Source: Bacteroidota bacterium (GTDB taxonomy: Bacteria > Bacteroidota > Bacteroidia > Palsa-965). From it: a stretch of 64,000 nt of DNA. The notes under the pieces were generated by a model. That model ran no database searches. It had not been told where the DNA came from and saw nothing but the letters and a program-made list of their open reading frames with translations. Shown piece after piece: positions 60,665 to 64,000 of this stretch (position 1 is its first letter; each line of letters begins with the position of its first letter). A program made the position numbers and the translations under genes. The stretch spans positions 50,336-114,335 of the forward strand of contig VBWE01000005.1 in the NCBI GenBank assembly GCA_006218065.1, given 5' to 3'.

Positions 60665-63187
60665 ATGAGCAATACCATCAATTACGGCATCGACCTCGGG
60701 ACCACCAATTCGGTGATCGCCCGGTACAACGCCGGCAAAGTAGAGATCTATAAAAACCCGGTCGGCCATAAAGAAACCCTGCCGTCGGTGGTCGCTTTCC
60801 GCAAGGAACGTATCATCGTGGGTGATAAGGCGCGCGAGTATCTTGAAAAAGATCCCGAAAACGTGGCCGGTTCCTTCAAACGAAAAATGGGAACTACCGA
60901 AAGCTTTTTCTTCAAAAGTATCGGCGAGTTTAAAACGCCGCAGGAACTTTCGGCCATCGTGCTCAAAGAGCTGAAAAATTTCGTGTACACCGGCGAGAAA
61001 GTAAACGCGGCCGTCATCACCATCCCCGCATCATTCGATACCATCCAGTCGAACGCCACCAAGAAAGCGGGCTACGATGCCGGTTTCGAAGAAGTGCTTT
61101 TGCTGCAGGAACCGATCGCGGCGAGCCTTGCTTATGCCAATAAGGACGACCAGCAGGAAGACAGCGAAGGCCAGTGGCTCGTGTACGATCTCGGCGGCGG
61201 AACTTTCGACGTGGCGCTGGTGAAAATCGGCGACGGCGAAATGAAAGTGGTCGATCACCAGGGCGATAATTTCCTGGGCGGACTCGATTTCGACAACCGC
61301 ATCATCGACAAGATCATTATCCCACATCTCGAAAAAACAGGCCGTTTCGATAATCCCGGGCAGGAATTAAAAAGCGCCAAGGGAAAATACAACCGCCTGT
61401 ATTACCAGTTGCTCGCCAAAGCCGAAGAAGCGAAAGTGCTTCTTTCTGCGAAAGACAGTATCGAAATCGAGTTCGAAATCGAAGACCGGAACGGCGAGTC
61501 CGTGGAAATGGTAATCGTTATTACAAAAACGGATTTCGAAAACAGCATCCGCGACCTGGTCACGTCCACCATCGACATGACGCGCCAGATCATCGAGCGG
61601 AACAACCTGGATGTTTCGAAACTCAACCACGTACTCATGATCGGCGGCAGTACGTACATGCCGATCGTGCGCAGGATGGTGGGCGAGGCCTTCGGCATTC
61701 CCGTCAATTGCAATATCGATCCTACTACGGCCGTCGCTGTGGGCGCTGCCTATTATGCCGGCACACGCACGCGCACGCGTTCGTCCATCAACCTGAAAAA
61801 GCACGACAACGCCCCGGGCGAAGCCGTTCCGGATAACCTGCAGCCCGCACCGGTGAAGATCCGCGTGGCTTACCAGAAAACGAGCCAGGACGCGCAGGAA
61901 TATTTCACCGCTGCCGTGGAAGGAAATTTCCAGGGATTGTTTTACCGCATTACGCGCGACGACGGCGGGTTCGACAGCGGGCTGAAAGCGCTTGCCGCAC
62001 GGATCAGCGAGATGCTCCAGCTCATACGCTCGACGGTGAACAATTTCACATTCCGCATTTACGATGCACAGAATAACCCGATGTCGTGCGACGTTCCGCC
62101 GATCAGCATCGTGCAGGGCAAATACAATGTGCTCGGGCAACCGCTTCCGAACGATATCTGCATCGAAGTGGACGATTACGAAAACAATACCACGCGGCTG
62201 GAAGTGATCTTTGAAAAAAATTCCATCCTTCCGCTCAAGCGCACGATCACGAAGAACATCACCAAAACGCTGCGCAAGGGAAGTACGGACAGCGTAATGA
62301 TCAATATCGTGGAAGGCCAGCACACGGCACACCCGAGCACCAACCCGTCCATCGGCTGCATCCAGGTAGTGGGCAAAGACCTGAACCGCGACCTGCTGAA
62401 AGGAACGGATATCGAAATCACGCTCGAGATGTCGGAATCGCGCGACCTGCGCATCAGCACCTACCTGCTGATGACCGACCAGGAATTCACCAACCTGTTC
62501 AGCCCGTCGGAACGGCAGGTGAACATCGACAAACTGCGCGACGAAATTCACGACATGATGAAACGGATCGCTGCGGATACGAAAGATGCCGAACGGAGAG
62601 AAGATTACGAACTCGCGCAGAAACTCACCATGCTCGGTCACGAGTTCGAAGACCTGGCCGCGGAAATAAACGCACTCAGTACCGACGATATCACCGATCG
62701 AAAATACCAGCTGGAAGACCGGAAACGGAAACTGGCGCAGCGTGTCGACGCACTTACGCGCGACAAGCATATCACGGAAGCGATGCAGGAATATTTCGAG
62801 TACAAGGAATGGTGCAAAGACCTGATCGACGCGCACGGAAACCCCGACGAGAAAAAACGTTACGAAGAACTGGTCGCGCGCGAAAAGCAGGTGATGTCGG
62901 CCAATAGCGTGATCCGCGTACGCGATGCGGTGAAAGATTACAGCAGGCTCGGCGGTCCCATCCAGTGGCGCATCCCGGAAAAATTAGTCGGCATTTTTTA
63001 CTGGCTCGCTACTACCCGGAAAGATGAACTGCGCGACCAGACGAAAGCCGACCGGTATATTGAAATGGGCGACAAAGCCATCGAGCGCAAAAATTACGAA
63101 GAACTCCGCGTAGTGATCAACAACCTCGTGCAGTTGCTTCCCCCGGATAAACAGTTTATCGACATGAAGGGAACGGGAATAGGATAA
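60665..63187 (+). CDS. Atypical Hsp70-family ATPase (~840 aa) with an insert after the NBD and an extended helical C-terminus
   Basis: The ATG at 60665 gives MSNTINYGIDLGTTNS. Other motifs are VITIPASF, LQEPIAASLAY, VYDLGGGTFDV, MIGGSTYMP and DPTTAVAVGAAYYAG. An SBD-beta-like stretch (VMINIVEGQH...GTDIEITLEMSESRDLRIS) appears only after a ~130-aa insert. Confidence 0.85.
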   Translation: MSNTINYGIDLGTTNSVIARYNAGKVEIYKNPVGHKETLPSVVAFRKERIIVGDKAREYLEKDPENVAGSFKRKMGTTESFFFKSIGEFKTPQELSAIVLKELKNFVYTGEKVNAAVITIPASFDTIQSNATKKAGYDAGFEEVLLLQEPIAASLAYANKDDQQEDSEGQWLVYDLGGGTFDVALVKIGDGEMKVVDHQGDNFLGGLDFDNRIIDKIIIPHLEKTGRFDNPGQELKSAKGKYNRLYYQLLAKAEEAKVLLSAKDSIEIEFEIEDRNGESVEMVIVITKTDFENSIRDLVTSTIDMTRQIIERNNLDVSKLNHVLMIGGSTYMPIVRRMVGEAFGIPVNCNIDPTTAVAVGAAYYAGTRTRTRSSINLKKHDNAPGEAVPDNLQPAPVKIRVAYQKTSQDAQEYFTAAVEGNFQGLFYRITRDDGGFDSGLKALAARISEMLQLIRSTVNNFTFRIYDAQNNPMSCDVPPISIVQGKYNVLGQPLPNDICIEVDDYENNTTRLEVIFEKNSILPLKRTITKNITKTLRKGSTDSVMINIVEGQHTAHPSTNPSIGCIQVVGKDLNRDLLKGTDIEITLEMSESRDLRISTYLLMTDQEFTNLFSPSERQVNIDKLRDEIHDMMKRIAADTKDAERREDYELAQKLTMLGHEFEDLAAEINALSTDDITDRKYQLEDRKRKLAQRVDALTRDKHITEAMQEYFEYKEWCKDLIDAHGNPDEKKRYEELVAREKQVMSANSVIRVRDAVKDYSRLGGPIQWRIPEKLVGIFYWLATTRKDELRDQTKADRYIEMGDKAIERKNYEELRVVINNLVQLLPPDKQFIDMKGTGIG

Positions 63188-63223
63188 GTATTGGCTGTAC
63201 AGTGAAATAAAAACACTCAACGC

Positions 63224-63285
63224 CAAACGCTCAACACTCAATGATCATCGGACAAATTCATTGTTTATTGGGCGCTGAGCGTTTG
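63224..63285. repeat. Intergenic compound hairpin
   Basis: caaacgctca (63224-63233) pairs with tgagcgtttg (63276-63285). The inner pair is caatga/tcattg. ctcaac word repeats lie on the left arm. Confidence 0.65.
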
Positions 63286-63441
63286 ATATTGTGCGTCTTC
63301 TTCAGAAGGAATACGTAACGCTGCACGAACGCAATCCCCGAAACCGGTACGCGGCAGCTTGAAATAAAATCTGAACAGGCATCCATAAAAATAAACGCGC
63401 CTATCCCTCTTAGTACAGAATCCTATATAGGAAAGGACAGA

Positions 63442-63906
63442 TTATTTACATGATGCGCTATCGGTGCTGGGGTTGATAGAATTTTGAAACTCTAAATCTC
63501 GTGTGTTCTTTTGGTAATTGAGTATAAGGTTGCCAACAACGACTATAAAAGTTAATATGGCTATTAGTTTTACTACAACCTCAATTATCTTACTTCTTTT
63601 CTCTGTTTTCAGAAGTTTAGAATATCCGCCCTTATGTTGAAATTTTATTCCTCTAAAGGTGACTTTTATTTGATAAGGGAAATCTCCCCGAAGTTTATGT
63701 TCTTTTTTTTCATAAAATGCATCCACGTATTGCCCTCGAACTAAATGTAAAACTATCGGCAAGTGTTCATTGTCATCTATGCCTTTACTTTTTAGATGTT
63801 CTTTAAATTTGATCGAATCTGGATATAGATAACTTCCTTCGTTTTTTTGTACGAGAAAAGTTAATGCAATGTCTAATTTATCTTCCGGGGTTAAACCTTT
63901 TTTCAT
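63442..63906 (-). CDS. Hypothetical small protein with a C-terminal TM helix (AT-rich gene)
   Basis: 154 aa with a soluble ~105-aa N-domain and then IIEVVVKLIAILTFIVVVGNLIL. Sample 60-nt lines hand-count to 25-30% GC, against ~57% in the neighbouring Hsp70 gene. Confidence 0.6.
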   Translation of the reverse strand: MKKGLTPEDKLDIALTFLVQKNEGSYLYPDSIKFKEHLKSKGIDDNEHLPIVLHLVRGQYVDAFYEKKEHKLRGDFPYQIKVTFRGIKFQHKGGYSKLLKTEKRSKIIEVVVKLIAILTFIVVVGNLILNYQKNTRDLEFQNSINPSTDSASCK

Positions 63907-63937
63907 GCACTATCCGTTTGTAAACGCTTGTTGTCGC

Positions 63938-64000
63938 TTATTGTACTAAGTCAACGACGGTAACACCAAGAGCCTTTGCAATTTTCAGCAACGTCTTGGC
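63938..64000 (-). CDS. XRE-family helix-turn-helix regulator, C-terminal end only (gene continues beyond the window)
   Basis: The minus-strand translation of the window edge reads AKTLLKIAKALGVTVVDLVQ*, the typical HTH_3 recognition-helix/C-terminal pattern. The stop is at 63938-63940, 31 nt before the downstream gene start. Confidence 0.5.
   Translation of the reverse strand, partial: AKTLLKIAKALGVTVVDLVQ

Overview
This is a chromosomal segment from a Bacteroidota genome. Supporting evidence is T9SS C-terminal sorting domains, a TonB/HmuY uptake locus and TAnnTTTG -7 promoter boxes. Hand-counted coding lines are about 55-57% GC. It looks Chitinophagales-like, but the family cannot be determined from the sequence. 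I support about 60 protein genes, mostly housekeeping: miaA, purC, phoH, birA, rsfS, ftsH, cdsA, psd, upp, wecB, radC, rpsT, selU/selD, lpxK and a PNP. I found no rRNA, tRNA, CRISPR array, transposase, integrase or reverse transcriptase. Six things stand out. (1) At 57.5-63.2 kb a minimal GrpE-like gene and an ~840-aa Hsp70 with a long non-canonical C-terminal half face two tandem paralogous single-pass membrane proteins that lack any J-domain HPD motif. This is my best candidate for an undescribed system. (2) A 1172-aa secreted protein has an N-terminal OMP-like barrel, an Asn tract, eight ~95-aa Ig-like repeats and a collagen-like tail. This is an inverse-autotransporter-like layout, and it lies next to an ECF sigma/anti-sigma pair. 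(3) A family of ~200-245 bp MITE-like nested palindromes is present in three copies. Two same-orientation copies bracket a six-gene heme/tetrapyrrole uptake operon. (4) Many sequence-unique long palindromes sit at gene ends. (5) The first gene of the uptake operon appears to have a 1-nt frameshift at its 5' end. (6) GC drops abruptly at the right edge, where an XRE-type regulator gene and a small membrane-protein gene lie. All functional calls rest on motif recognition by eye; no database search was possible.
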